Assembly (NCBI GenBank): GCA_047602425.1
Contig: JASGHG010000001.1
Coordinates: forward strand, 1,824,001 to 1,888,000
Direction: 5' to 3'
DNA length: 64,000 nt
Source: Nibricoccus sp.
GTDB lineage: Bacteria; Verrucomicrobiota; Verrucomicrobiia; Opitutales; Opitutaceae
Shown here: piece after piece, positions 1 to 8,722 of the stretch
How the letters are laid out: each line of letters opens with the position of its first letter
Numbering within the stretch: the first letter of the stretch is position 1
Program-made: the position numbers and the translations under genes
The notes under the pieces: model-generated
The model's database searches: none
The model's input: only the letters and a program-made list of their open reading frames with translations
What the model was told of the DNA's origin: nothing

Positions 1-176
1 GCCTTCTCAAGCATGAAAGCCGTCGCGCGGCGCATGGTCGCGAGAACTTCGTCTTTTCGCGGTCGTTCGTTTTCGGCAGCCATGGCGCGGCCTCCGAAAA
101 ACAGGCCGAGCAGAAGCAAGGAACAGAAGCCGAGCTGGGCTCTGCGGACAAATTGGGGGCGAAGGAAGGCGCGCAT
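1..176 (-). CDS. 5' part of a secreted protein, probably pectate-lyase-like (truncated by window edge)
   Basis: Own translation from ATG at 176: MRAFLRPQFVRRAQLGFCSLLLLGLFFGGRAMAAENERPRKDEVLATMRRATAFMLEKA. It has a signal peptide and an 'MRRATAFMLEK' start that resembles pectic-acid-lyase N-termini. Open to the edge; not in the ORF track. Confidence 0.55.
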   Translation of the reverse strand, partial: MRAFLRPQFVRRAQLGFCSLLLLGLFFGGRAMAAENERPRKDEVLATMRRATAFMLEK

Positions 177-272
177 GAAAAGCAAGATATAGCAGAGCCA
201 CGTACCCTCGTTTCCTTCAAATCGAAACGTGGTCCAGGCGTCTCTATTCTATTTCGGCACGCGTTTCCCCGG

Positions 273-1208
273 CTAAAGCGGGATCAGCCCGGCTTCGATT
301 TCTGCTCTTCGCGGTTCCAAAAACGGCGGCAGCGCCAGCTTCTGCCCAAGGCTTTCCGGCGCCTCGTCGACGGCAAAACCCGGTCCGTTCGTCGCGATTT
401 CGAAGAGCACGCCGTTCGGTTCGCGGAAATATAAACTTCTAAAATAAAATCGGTCCACCACGCCGCTGTTGGCCACGCGCGCTTCTTTCAGACGAATTTC
501 CCAATTTTTAAAATCCGTCGCGTTCGTCCTGAAAGCCAAATGATGAACGCCGCCAGCGCCCAATCGTCCAACGTTCGCGTTCGGCTCGGCTGCGACATGC
601 AGTTCGCCCGCCGCACCGGGCGCGCTCATCGCAAAAACGGTGACTGTTGTGCCTGCCAGTTCGTATTCCCGCACGACGCTCATGCCCAAAATCTGCTCCA
701 GCATTCGCCGTGTCGGTGCGAGTGCGGGTACGCTAACCGTGATGGGACCCAGTCCGAGAATTCGGTGTGCAACGGGCACGTCCGATCCCAACCATGCTCT
801 CCCTATTTCGCCCTGTGCATCGGTTATCAAGGCCAACCTGTGCCCCTCGGGATCCTCAAACGGTAGCGTGAGCCGGCCATCCACGGTCTGTATCGGCTGA
901 ACCACTACACCGGCTGCGTGCAATCGTTCTTCCCACCAGCATAAATCGGCCTCCGTCGCGAGGCGGAGTCCCACTCGCACCACGCTGCTCGTGCCGCGCT
1001 GCTCACGCGGCAGGCGCCAGTCAAAAAAAGTCAGTTCCGTTCCCGGGGTGCCTTCGCCGTCACCGTAAAACAGGTGGTAGGCGGAAACGTCGTCCTGATT
1101 TACGCTTTTCTTCACCAAACGCAGTCCGAGCGTACGCACATAAAACGCGTGATTGGCCGCAATATCGGCCGTCACGGAAGTCACATGATGAAAGCCGGCG
1201 AGTTGCAT
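273..1208 (-). CDS. Ring-cleaving dioxygenase / VOC (glyoxalase) family, MhqO-like
   Basis: Motifs GFHHVT, LGLRLVKKSVNQDD, YHLFYGD, GGVHHLAF, DRFYFRSLYFREPNGVLFEIAT. Start set at MQLAG. Confidence 0.9.
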   Translation of the reverse strand: MQLAGFHHVTSVTADIAANHAFYVRTLGLRLVKKSVNQDDVSAYHLFYGDGEGTPGTELTFFDWRLPREQRGTSSVVRVGLRLATEADLCWWEERLHAAGVVVQPIQTVDGRLTLPFEDPEGHRLALITDAQGEIGRAWLGSDVPVAHRILGLGPITVSVPALAPTRRMLEQILGMSVVREYELAGTTVTVFAMSAPGAAGELHVAAEPNANVGRLGAGGVHHLAFRTNATDFKNWEIRLKEARVANSGVVDRFYFRSLYFREPNGVLFEIATNGPGFAVDEAPESLGQKLALPPFLEPRRAEIEAGLIPL

Positions 1209-1259
1209 GCGACAAAGTGTGCATGACTCGCCGGACGTCCAGTCCATGCCAGCGTTCCA

Positions 1260-2621
1260 TCAACGACCGTGACGCGAATGGCGACCACCGCCGTTGTTTC
1301 CACCATTGGAATTACCCGAATTATTATCGTTGGATTCGGTCGAGGACTGGCCCTGTGGTGGAGGCGCCGCGGGTCGGGGCGCATTTGCCGGCCGCGACAC
1401 CCGAGCGGGAGGAGGCTGCTGCTGCGGCGGCGGAGCGGAAGGCGGTGGGTTCACCGATGGCTCGCTCGGCGCGCGCGGGGCTGAACGGTGCAAGTTCGCT
1501 GTCGCCGAACCAGCGCCCGGGCGCGATGGGCCGGAATAAGTGCGCTGCGGCGGGGGCGGCGGCTCATGAGACGGCGGCGCAGGCGGTGGCGTAAAATGCT
1601 GCGGGTTGTGATGCGGACGCTGATTTGAAACAGTCGGAGGAGGAGTCCGATGCGAAGGTCCAACACCCACATGCGTCATGGGCGCCACGGGAGCGACCGG
1701 AGAAACCACCGTCACGGGCGGACGTCCCGGAAAATTCTGAGCCGGAGGCAGCGGCCGGTGGGGACCACGATCATGATAATCGCGGCGATAGTCCGGACCA
1801 GGCGAGTGGAACCGATGATCAGGTCCAAACGGCCGTGGCACCACCACCACGGTCGGAGGACGATACCCATGCTGGTGTGTACGCTGGTAAAAATGCGGTG
1901 ATGGGCGCCACGCCGTGACCACATTCACCCGAACCGCCGGCGGAGGCGGCCGCCAGAAGGGCGTGTAAACCCAGCCCGGATGGCGTCGATGAACCCAGAT
2001 GGTGCGGCCAGGCCAGTCGCAATCGTAGAACAACCAGTTGCCAACTCCAAAGCCCACGCTGAAACTGATGAAAGAATTCCGGAAGGAGCTGCGCATCCAA
2101 AGTACATCCGGATCGTACCGCGGGATGTAGATGCACCCCGGATTTGCCGGCACGATATAGACTACTTCCTGCTCGACGACCACTCGCTGCTGCGGCGTAT
2201 CCACCAGCAAGCCATTCGCGCGGGCATGAGCACGCAGACGCTGGATGGCCGCCATCACGTCAGCGGGCTGGGCGGCGAAAACTTCACCCATCTGCTGCGT
2301 CCAATCGAGATTCTCATCCATCCACTTGACCAGATCCGGGTAGTGGGCGAGCGATTTCACCGTGTCGTGCCAGAACTGCTTGTCGATGTCGGACTCCTTG
2401 CCACCGTAGGAAAGAAAACGCGCCGCAAGCACCACGTCGGCCGATTCAGTGGAGGCAGGAAGAAGGATCGCGACTAAAGAGTCGGGATAAAGCGCGATGG
2501 GCGACACCAGTTTTTCAATTTCTTCTGGCGAACGGTTCGGCACTTCGTTTGTGGCGGCAACGCAGGCGATGGAAACTACGCCCACGGACCAGACTAGCAG
2601 CAGGCGAAGGAATTTTTTCAT
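1260..2621 (-). CDS. DUF3300 domain protein with long Pro-rich C-terminal tail
   Basis: Signal peptide, then LVSPIALYPDSLVA...DVMAAIQRLRAHA...IVPANP..IYIPRYDP, typical of DUF3300. Confidence 0.85.
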   Translation of the reverse strand: MKKFLRLLLVWSVGVVSIACVAATNEVPNRSPEEIEKLVSPIALYPDSLVAILLPASTESADVVLAARFLSYGGKESDIDKQFWHDTVKSLAHYPDLVKWMDENLDWTQQMGEVFAAQPADVMAAIQRLRAHARANGLLVDTPQQRVVVEQEVVYIVPANPGCIYIPRYDPDVLWMRSSFRNSFISFSVGFGVGNWLFYDCDWPGRTIWVHRRHPGWVYTPFWRPPPPAVRVNVVTAWRPSPHFYQRTHQHGYRPPTVVVVPRPFGPDHRFHSPGPDYRRDYHDRGPHRPLPPAQNFPGRPPVTVVSPVAPVAPMTHVGVGPSHRTPPPTVSNQRPHHNPQHFTPPPAPPSHEPPPPPQRTYSGPSRPGAGSATANLHRSAPRAPSEPSVNPPPSAPPPQQQPPPARVSRPANAPRPAAPPPQGQSSTESNDNNSGNSNGGNNGGGRHSRHGR

Positions 2622-2719
2622 GGGATGAGAGGTTTCCCGTTTAGACAGGGCGGTTTCCCCGCGGGTGCCTATGTGTGCCCAAATAGCCACGCTAAACCCT
2701 GATGAAGAATAATATAAAA

Positions 2720-3211
2720 CTATTCTAGTTTCAGCTCTGAGGGTGATTTACCGAGAAATTCCGCGAGCACCGAAACCACCAATTTGTGGTCCTCACGCTG
2801 CGGCAGACCGGACACCGTGATCGCACCAATGACGCCCGCGCCAAGCAATCGGAGGGGAAAGCCACCGCCATGGACCGCGTAATCGGCGAGGGAAAGGCCG
2901 AATTTTGTAGCAAGATCCGTTTTCTCCCGTTCCAGCTGAAGCCCAAGGCCGTAGGAGCTGCGGTGGAAATGCAGCACGGTGTTCCGCTTGCGCCGCACCC
3001 AGTTGGCATTGTTGGGCGACGCGCCCGGAAGCGCACAAGTGAAGACGGAGTGTCCGCCGGCAAAGATGTCTATCGCGAGAGCCGCGCCGCGTTTCTCCGC
3101 GGCGGCGCGCAACAAACCGCCAAGTTCCCACGCGATCTTTTCGTCGAATTTTTCGAAACAGAGCGTTTGTTCCTGCAGGGCGATTTTAGCCAGATCCAGT
3201 TCTAGGTTCAT
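2720..3211 (-). CDS. UPF0303 / heme-degrading (GlcG/HbpS-like) domain protein
   Basis: AWELG, NANWVRRKRNTVLHFHRSS, YAVHGGGFPL, TVSGLPQREDH motifs. Confidence 0.85.
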   Translation of the reverse strand: MNLELDLAKIALQEQTLCFEKFDEKIAWELGGLLRAAAEKRGAALAIDIFAGGHSVFTCALPGASPNNANWVRRKRNTVLHFHRSSYGLGLQLEREKTDLATKFGLSLADYAVHGGGFPLRLLGAGVIGAITVSGLPQREDHKLVVSVLAEFLGKSPSELKLE

Positions 3212-3341
3212 CCCTCCATCAATGGCTACCCGGGAAAAAAGTCAGCGGGAAAACGCCATTTCCTCACGGGCGAAAGGAAGGCTTGAGACCGGTCCGTCGG
3301 CTCGCTTGAATGCCTCCGCCCTCAACCACTCCCTATAGACC

Positions 3342-3767
3342 ATGAGCGAACTTCCTGACTGCTTCTATTGCCGCAAAGACCAACGCCTGCATGACCTGAT
3401 GATCGAGATCGCGCCGCTGAGCGCCTCGACTTTATACCTTTTCAAGGAACAGACCCATCCGGGCCGCTGCGTGGTAGCCTACCGCGGCCACGTCAACGAA
3501 CTCTTTGAGCTGTCCGAAGCCGAACTTGCGCTTTTCACCAAGGATGTCGCGCGCGCCGCGAAAGCGATCAAGACCGCGTTCAATCCGGTAAAGATCAACT
3601 ACGGTGCGTACTCCGACAAATTGCCGCATCTTCATTTTCACCTCGTCCCAAAGTACAAGGACGGCGCAAGTTTCGGCACCACCTTCGAGATGATGCCAGC
3701 CAACAAGAAGTTACTCACCGAAGCCGAGTACGCCGACACGATCAAGGCGATCAAAGCGGCGCTATAA
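3342..3767 (+). CDS. HIT family protein
   Basis: N-terminal CFYC and the histidine triad PHLHFHLVP. Confidence 0.9.
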   Translation: MSELPDCFYCRKDQRLHDLMIEIAPLSASTLYLFKEQTHPGRCVVAYRGHVNELFELSEAELALFTKDVARAAKAIKTAFNPVKINYGAYSDKLPHLHFHLVPKYKDGASFGTTFEMMPANKKLLTEAEYADTIKAIKAAL

Positions 3768-3854
3768 ATTGTCTCTCATTTACGGGAACCACCTTGGCTC
3801 AACCGGGTGGTTTCCCTCATGGCCCAAACCGCTGTTTTTGGAGATCATCTTCGC

Positions 3855-4088
3855 ATGATCTCCTCCATCGCGTCAGGTGTTTCCAGCCATCTTTTCGACG
3901 CGCCCGCCCAAGGCATAAAGCGGAGCGTGAGCGAGGCCAATGGCGCCGCCCAGAAGATCGCGGAGGGCGAGATCACCCCGGACAATTTCACCGCGCTCAT
4001 TCAAGCTGGCATCGAATTGAAAGCCAATCGCGCCGTGGCGGTCACGGCCGATGAAATGATCGGCAGCCTGCTCAATCGCAAGGCCTGA
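3855..4088 (+). CDS. Small protein consisting of a flagellar rod/hook C-terminal-like domain
   Basis: 77 aa ending LKANRAVAVTADEMIGSLLNRKA, which resembles the FlgC/FlgE/FlgG C-terminal helix. Confidence 0.6.
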   Translation: MISSIASGVSSHLFDAPAQGIKRSVSEANGAAQKIAEGEITPDNFTALIQAGIELKANRAVAVTADEMIGSLLNRKA

Positions 4089-4122
4089 CGTATCCAAAAT
4101 CTGAATTCAGCGGTTCCGGGTC

Positions 4123-4572
4123 TCAGGGCAGCTTCGACTGCACGAGCTTGCTCACTGCGCCAAAGTCGATCAGTCCGGCCTCGGGACGCTGCTTGAGCAC
4201 CGCGATCACCTTGCCCATTTCCTTCTTCGACTGGGCGCCCGTGGAGGCGATCGCCTCATTGATGAGCGCCTCAAGTTTCGCCGCATCGAGACCGGCGGGA
4301 AGATATTTTTCCAGCAACTTGATTTCAACGTCGTTGGCGGCGATCAAGTCGGTGCGGCCTCCTTTTTCAAATTCCGCCTTGGCATCGGTTAGGTTTTTCA
4401 CCGACTTGCGCAACGTGGCGACGACCAGCGCGTCGTCCACGGGCTTGGATTGATCCAGCGAGGCGCGCTGGATCGCGGCATCGGCTGTGCGCAGACTGGT
4501 GGTTACGCTCGTATTGCGGGCTTTCATCGCGGCCACGATATCGGCGCGAAGGGTTTCGTAGATCTTCGACAT
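4123..4572 (-). CDS. GatB/YqeY domain protein
   Basis: AAMKAR...EFEKGGRTDL...LLEKYLP...KEMGKV pattern. Confidence 0.85.
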   Translation of the reverse strand: MSKIYETLRADIVAAMKARNTSVTTSLRTADAAIQRASLDQSKPVDDALVVATLRKSVKNLTDAKAEFEKGGRTDLIAANDVEIKLLEKYLPAGLDAAKLEALINEAIASTGAQSKKEMGKVIAVLKQRPEAGLIDFGAVSKLVQSKLP

Positions 4573-4635
4573 GCAGGGCAGCGTGCCGCACGACGCCGGG
4601 GTTGTCGAGCGGTCAGACGAAAGAGAAAACCGGGC

Positions 4636-5913
4636 TCAGGGGCGAGATGGTTCGCCCGATTTCGCGTGCCATTTTTTATAGTCGTTCAAGACCGTGTCGG
4701 GCCATTCGCCATACCACGCGTAGCCCCGCTGGCGTTCTGCGGAAATTTCACCGAGCTCATAATGGATCGTGCGATCGCGATCACCGAAAATAGGTCTGTC
4801 CGTTTCGATTTCGTACATGCGCGCCCACAATGGCTTCGCGCCTTCCTCCGGCACGAGGTGACGCTGCGGCGATTTCCGATCCAGGACTCGATTGTGGATG
4901 GCCACCTTTTCGAACCAAGCCATGGCGGCGTCGACTGCCTTGGTCGTTTCCGGCGACGGCTTGGGAAGGCGCATGAGAAATTTCACGAGGCTCACGCTCT
5001 CGCCCGTGCAGGCGGCAATCGGTTCGAAATTGCGCGCCGCACAGGGTTGAAGCGTCAGCATGTCATGCTGCTGGCACCAAACCGTCCGTCGGCCGGACGT
5101 TTCCACGATCTGCGTTTTCAACACACACTCAATGCCCAGCGCGAGTCGCCGCGCTGCTTCGGCGCGTTGCTCCGGCGGCACAAAAATGTAGTCCGGTCCG
5201 CCCGCCGCGATCTCCTGCAATAATTCGAGCACGCGCATCATCGCGTTGTCGTTGTAAGTGATCGCATCGTGATAACCACCCGCCAGAGGGTAAATTTGCG
5301 GGAAACCACCGTTGGGATACTGCGCGTTGAAAATATATTGCAGCCCCCGCAAAAACGATGCCTTCCAGGTGTCCGCGCGCTTTTCGTCGTGGGTCGCAGC
5401 GATTGCGCGCGCCAGGAAGCGCATTTCCAAAATGGTCGCGTTGTTATCGAACGTGCCGGCACTCCACGCATCGGACTTCGTTTTATTCTCCCTCGGGGAA
5501 ATCGAATAATCGTTGCTCTTCGACCAACCGCCCGCGCCGGATTGCCATTCAACCACGCGATCGGCTTGTGCCTGCGCTTCAGCGCTTCCGAACCAGGTGG
5601 CATCGCCATTCGCCTTCAGCCCCTTGGCACGCGCGGCGCCGCGAAGCGGTTCCTTCAAAGGCTGCGTGGGCGAAAATTCCGGCTCGGTAACCGCAGGAAG
5701 GGTATCGCGCACCCGCCGCGAAACCTCCAGGTATTTACGCCAAGCAACTTGTTCGGCCTCGGGCAGGCTTGCGATGCGCGCATCGGTCAAAGGCAGAAAA
5801 GGGTCTTTCGGCCAGGGCTGAGGCGGCACGGCGGCGTGTGAGGCGGCCGAAAACAAACATACGAAAAGCGCCGCCGGGAGGAGTTGTTTAAAAAAGGAGT
5901 TGCTCAGAAGCAT
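4636..5913 (-). CDS. pelA: Pectate lyase, PL10 (PelA family)
   Basis: Signal peptide; GTFDNNAT, NGGFPQIYP, ITYNDNAM, WCQQHD, ARNFEP, WARMYE, ERQRGYAWY. Confidence 0.9.
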   Translation of the reverse strand: MLLSNSFFKQLLPAALFVCLFSAASHAAVPPQPWPKDPFLPLTDARIASLPEAEQVAWRKYLEVSRRVRDTLPAVTEPEFSPTQPLKEPLRGAARAKGLKANGDATWFGSAEAQAQADRVVEWQSGAGGWSKSNDYSISPRENKTKSDAWSAGTFDNNATILEMRFLARAIAATHDEKRADTWKASFLRGLQYIFNAQYPNGGFPQIYPLAGGYHDAITYNDNAMMRVLELLQEIAAGGPDYIFVPPEQRAEAARRLALGIECVLKTQIVETSGRRTVWCQQHDMLTLQPCAARNFEPIAACTGESVSLVKFLMRLPKPSPETTKAVDAAMAWFEKVAIHNRVLDRKSPQRHLVPEEGAKPLWARMYEIETDRPIFGDRDRTIHYELGEISAERQRGYAWYGEWPDTVLNDYKKWHAKSGEPSRP

Positions 5914-5946
5914 GGGACACGTGTCCTATCGCTGACGTCTGCTGAC

Positions 5947-5960
5947 GCAAAACGTTTCAT
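5947..5960. promoter_or_regulatory. Candidate LacI/KdgR-type operator between divergent PL10 and GH28 genes
   Basis: GCAAAACGTTTCAT with palindromic core AAACGTTT in the roughly 100-bp divergent spacer. Confidence 0.3.
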
Positions 5961-6016
5961 CATATTTTTCGGCCCGCAAAGTTCCTTGTGGGTGCGAGCG
6001 CTCCATCTTCCTTTCC

Positions 6017-7324
6017 GTGCCTTTCACTCGTCGCTTCCTATTCTGCCTTTTCGCCTTGGTCACCGTTCCTCTCGCGCTCGTCGCGCAGGACGTGGAAACC
6101 GCCACCGCAAAATCCATCTCCCCGAGCCATGCCATCTATAATGTCATGGATTTCGGCGCCACCGGAGAAGGCAAAATCAAGGAAACCGCCGCGTTTCAAA
6201 AAGCGCTCGATGCTTGCGCCGCCGCGGGAGGCGGCACCGTGCTCGTTCCGGCCGGCTACTATATTATTGGCAGCCTTCAGCTCAAATCCCACACCACGCT
6301 CAGCCTCGACAATAAATCCTTTCTCGTCGGCAGCGCCGATCTCGCCGACTACCCGCTCGCCCGGGTCCGCTGGGAAGGCGAATTCGAACAAGGCCATCGT
6401 GCCCTTATCTGGGCGGAAAAAGCCACCGACATCGCCATCCTTGGACCTGGCGTGATTTTCGGCCCGCCGATCACCGTCAGCCGTCTGCGCGATCCCCGCG
6501 CCCCTGCGTTGATCGAACCATCTGAATGCACCAACGTTCTGCTGGACGGTTTTACTGCGCAATACCAGCGCGTGTGGACGATTCATCCGGTTCTTTGCCA
6601 AAACGTCACCGCGCGCAACCTCGTCATTCGCTCCGTCTACACCAATGGCGACGGCATCGATGTCGACTCATGCCGTGACGTCCTGATCGAACGTTGCAAC
6701 ATCGACACCGGAGACGACGCCATCGCCCTTAAATCCGGCCGCGGGCTTGAAGCCGTCCGCACCGCGCGGTCCACCGAAAACGTTGTTATCCGCGACTGCG
6801 TTCTCACCAGCAGCATGTACGGCGCCATCGGCATCGGCACCGAACTTTCCGGCGGCATCCGCAATGTCCGCATCGAAAACTGCACCATCTCCGGCCGGGG
6901 CAATGGCATCATCATCAAAAGTCGCGATGGCCGCGGCGCCGTCGCTGAAAATATCACCGGCGAAAACCTTCTCATTCACAATTCGGCCACCTTCCTCTGC
7001 ATCGATCTTCTCAAGCGCGGTATTCAGGCCACTGAACCTGTGCCCGGCGAAATCGAACAATGGACCCAATTGCGCAACATTCGCTTCTCCGGCATCCGCG
7101 TTCACAACGTCAAACATCTCGTCGTCGCCAATAAAATTCCCCCCGAATGTCCCGTGCAGGGCCTGAGCCTCCTCGACATTTCCGGTACCTGCGAAAAAGG
7201 TGTCGTGCTCGCCAACATGAAGGAGGTAACCCTCTCGCAAATCGCGGTCACCGGTTACGATGGCGCTTTGCTTTCGACGGAAAACGTCAAGGGTTCCGGC
7301 CTCGCCAATCCGGCCGGGAAATAG
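6017..7324 (+). CDS. Glycoside hydrolase family 28 (polygalacturonase-like)
   Basis: YNVMDFGA, NGDGIDVDS, TGDDAIALKSG, IGTELSGGIRNV, IIKS motifs; signal peptide. Confidence 0.92.
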   Translation: MPFTRRFLFCLFALVTVPLALVAQDVETATAKSISPSHAIYNVMDFGATGEGKIKETAAFQKALDACAAAGGGTVLVPAGYYIIGSLQLKSHTTLSLDNKSFLVGSADLADYPLARVRWEGEFEQGHRALIWAEKATDIAILGPGVIFGPPITVSRLRDPRAPALIEPSECTNVLLDGFTAQYQRVWTIHPVLCQNVTARNLVIRSVYTNGDGIDVDSCRDVLIERCNIDTGDDAIALKSGRGLEAVRTARSTENVVIRDCVLTSSMYGAIGIGTELSGGIRNVRIENCTISGRGNGIIIKSRDGRGAVAENITGENLLIHNSATFLCIDLLKRGIQATEPVPGEIEQWTQLRNIRFSGIRVHNVKHLVVANKIPPECPVQGLSLLDISGTCEKGVVLANMKEVTLSQIAVTGYDGALLSTENVKGSGLANPAGK

Positions 7325-7419
7325 GCTCTTCCGCTCCGGTCGCTGGCGTTATCCAGCGCACGTCGACAATTTTGAGTGTGCAAGCCGAACACGGGCTGCC
7401 TATTCCTGTCCCCATCGTC

Positions 7420-7896
7420 ATGCGCGCCATCCTCACCGCCCTGTTCGTTTTCACCGCCGCCGCCTTCAGCCACGCTGCCGAACTTTCGCTCGTGCGCGTC
7501 TGGCCGGCCTATCGCCCCGCCGAGTCGTTCGAACGCCTCTCCGAATATTTTGGCAAAAACGAAGATCCGGCCGCGCATCATATTCTTCGCACCCAGCCGG
7601 CCGAGCGCGCTGGTTACTATTTCCTGGTTCGGCTCAAAAACAAGGGCGCCGCGCTCGCTGGCACCCGCTTCGAACTCCAACTCATCACCCCTTTCGCAAC
7701 CGAACTAAGAAGCTACACTTTCGCTGGCGACATTCCGTCAGGTAACCATGCTTTTCACCTCGGCCTCACCGGCAGCGACTGGCCCGGCAAACCGAAGGAC
7801 GAATCCGTCGCCTGGAAATTGCGCGTACTCGGCTCCGATGGCGCGGAACTCTTGCAAAGCCAAAGCTACCTGTGGGCTCTGCCCGAGAAGAAATAG
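7420..7896 (+). CDS. Hypothetical secreted protein
   Basis: Signal peptide MRAILTALFVFTAAAFSHA; coding-like composition. Confidence 0.7.
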   Translation: MRAILTALFVFTAAAFSHAAELSLVRVWPAYRPAESFERLSEYFGKNEDPAAHHILRTQPAERAGYYFLVRLKNKGAALAGTRFELQLITPFATELRSYTFAGDIPSGNHAFHLGLTGSDWPGKPKDESVAWKLRVLGSDGAELLQSQSYLWALPEKK

Positions 7897-7949
7897 ACCG
7901 CCGCGCATAAACGAACCTTTATCAACCGCCATCCAATCCCAGCCTGCCC

Positions 7950-8399
7950 ATGAAAGCCACAATGATCGCCGCCGCTTTTCTCAGTCTCGGATTTTTATTT
8001 GGCTGCAATCAGGCGCCCAGGCTGGAACGTCCCGAATTAAATCCACCCACCGACGCGGCCCTTCAGGGTACTTACAAAATCATTGAGGAGACCGTCAGCG
8101 GAAAATCCCCAGCCGAAAACACGCTCGAAACCGCGCGCTTGGAAATTCTTCCGGACGGCGTCGCCCGCTTTGTCGATTTCCCCTTGTTCGACCAACGTCG
8201 CGGCGTGCAAGGCTTGCCTCGCAAGATCACTTGCGGCGGCCGCTGGCTCGTCGTCCAGGGCAAATCCGGCTACCTGCTCACCCTCGACCCCGACCGCGAT
8301 TTCCGCTTTCAGGCCGTGATTGTGGAAGGCGGCGACTTGCTCGTATACTACGCGCCGAGCACCGAAGGTTATTTTACGAAGTGGCGGAAAACGCCCTGA
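7950..8399 (+). CDS. Hypothetical lipoprotein
   Basis: Lipobox LFGC after a hydrophobic stretch; beta-rich body. Confidence 0.65.
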   Translation: MKATMIAAAFLSLGFLFGCNQAPRLERPELNPPTDAALQGTYKIIEETVSGKSPAENTLETARLEILPDGVARFVDFPLFDQRRGVQGLPRKITCGGRWLVVQGKSGYLLTLDPDRDFRFQAVIVEGGDLLVYYAPSTEGYFTKWRKTP

Positions 8400-8499
8400 G
8401 TTTTCTCGGACTGACTGACGCCGAACTTCTTAAGCCGGCGAGCCCGCTTGGACACATCTTCTCGCTGGACCTTCTGCGGACACACTCAGAACCTGCCGC

Positions 8500-8643
8500 A
8501 TGGGCGCCAAATATTTCCCGACGATCAAAGACCTGAAAGCCAGCCAGCGTTTCCAGGAAAAACAACGGAAACAACAGCCGGCGACCAAGCAACCGGCTAA
8601 ACCAATTCAACCGCCCAAAAGGACGGAGAAGCCGCAAACCTGA
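8500..8643 (+). CDS. Putative 47-aa basic small protein
   Basis: Own translation MGAKYFPTIKDLKASQRFQEKQRKQQPATKQPAKPIQPPKRTEKPQT*. It fills the gap before the hairpin at 8667 and is below the ORF-track cutoff. Confidence 0.45.
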   Translation: MGAKYFPTIKDLKASQRFQEKQRKQQPATKQPAKPIQPPKRTEKPQT

Positions 8644-8666
8644 GCCGCTTTTCGTCGCAACGAACT

Positions 8667-8695
8667 AAAAAGGCCGGCCCTTGCGGGCCGGCCTT
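8667..8695 (-). terminator. Rho-independent terminator of the TonB receptor gene
   Basis: Minus strand AAGGCCGGCCC-GCAA-GGGCCGGCCTTTTT. Confidence 0.85.
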
Positions 8696-8722
8696 CGTTG
8701 AACCACACGCTGATATCTGAGC

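Noticed and set aside
1260..1950. Pro-rich low-complexity tracts (also 30700-31200) as DNA repeat elements
   Set aside because: They are explained by coding low-complexity linkers; no regular nucleotide repeat unit.
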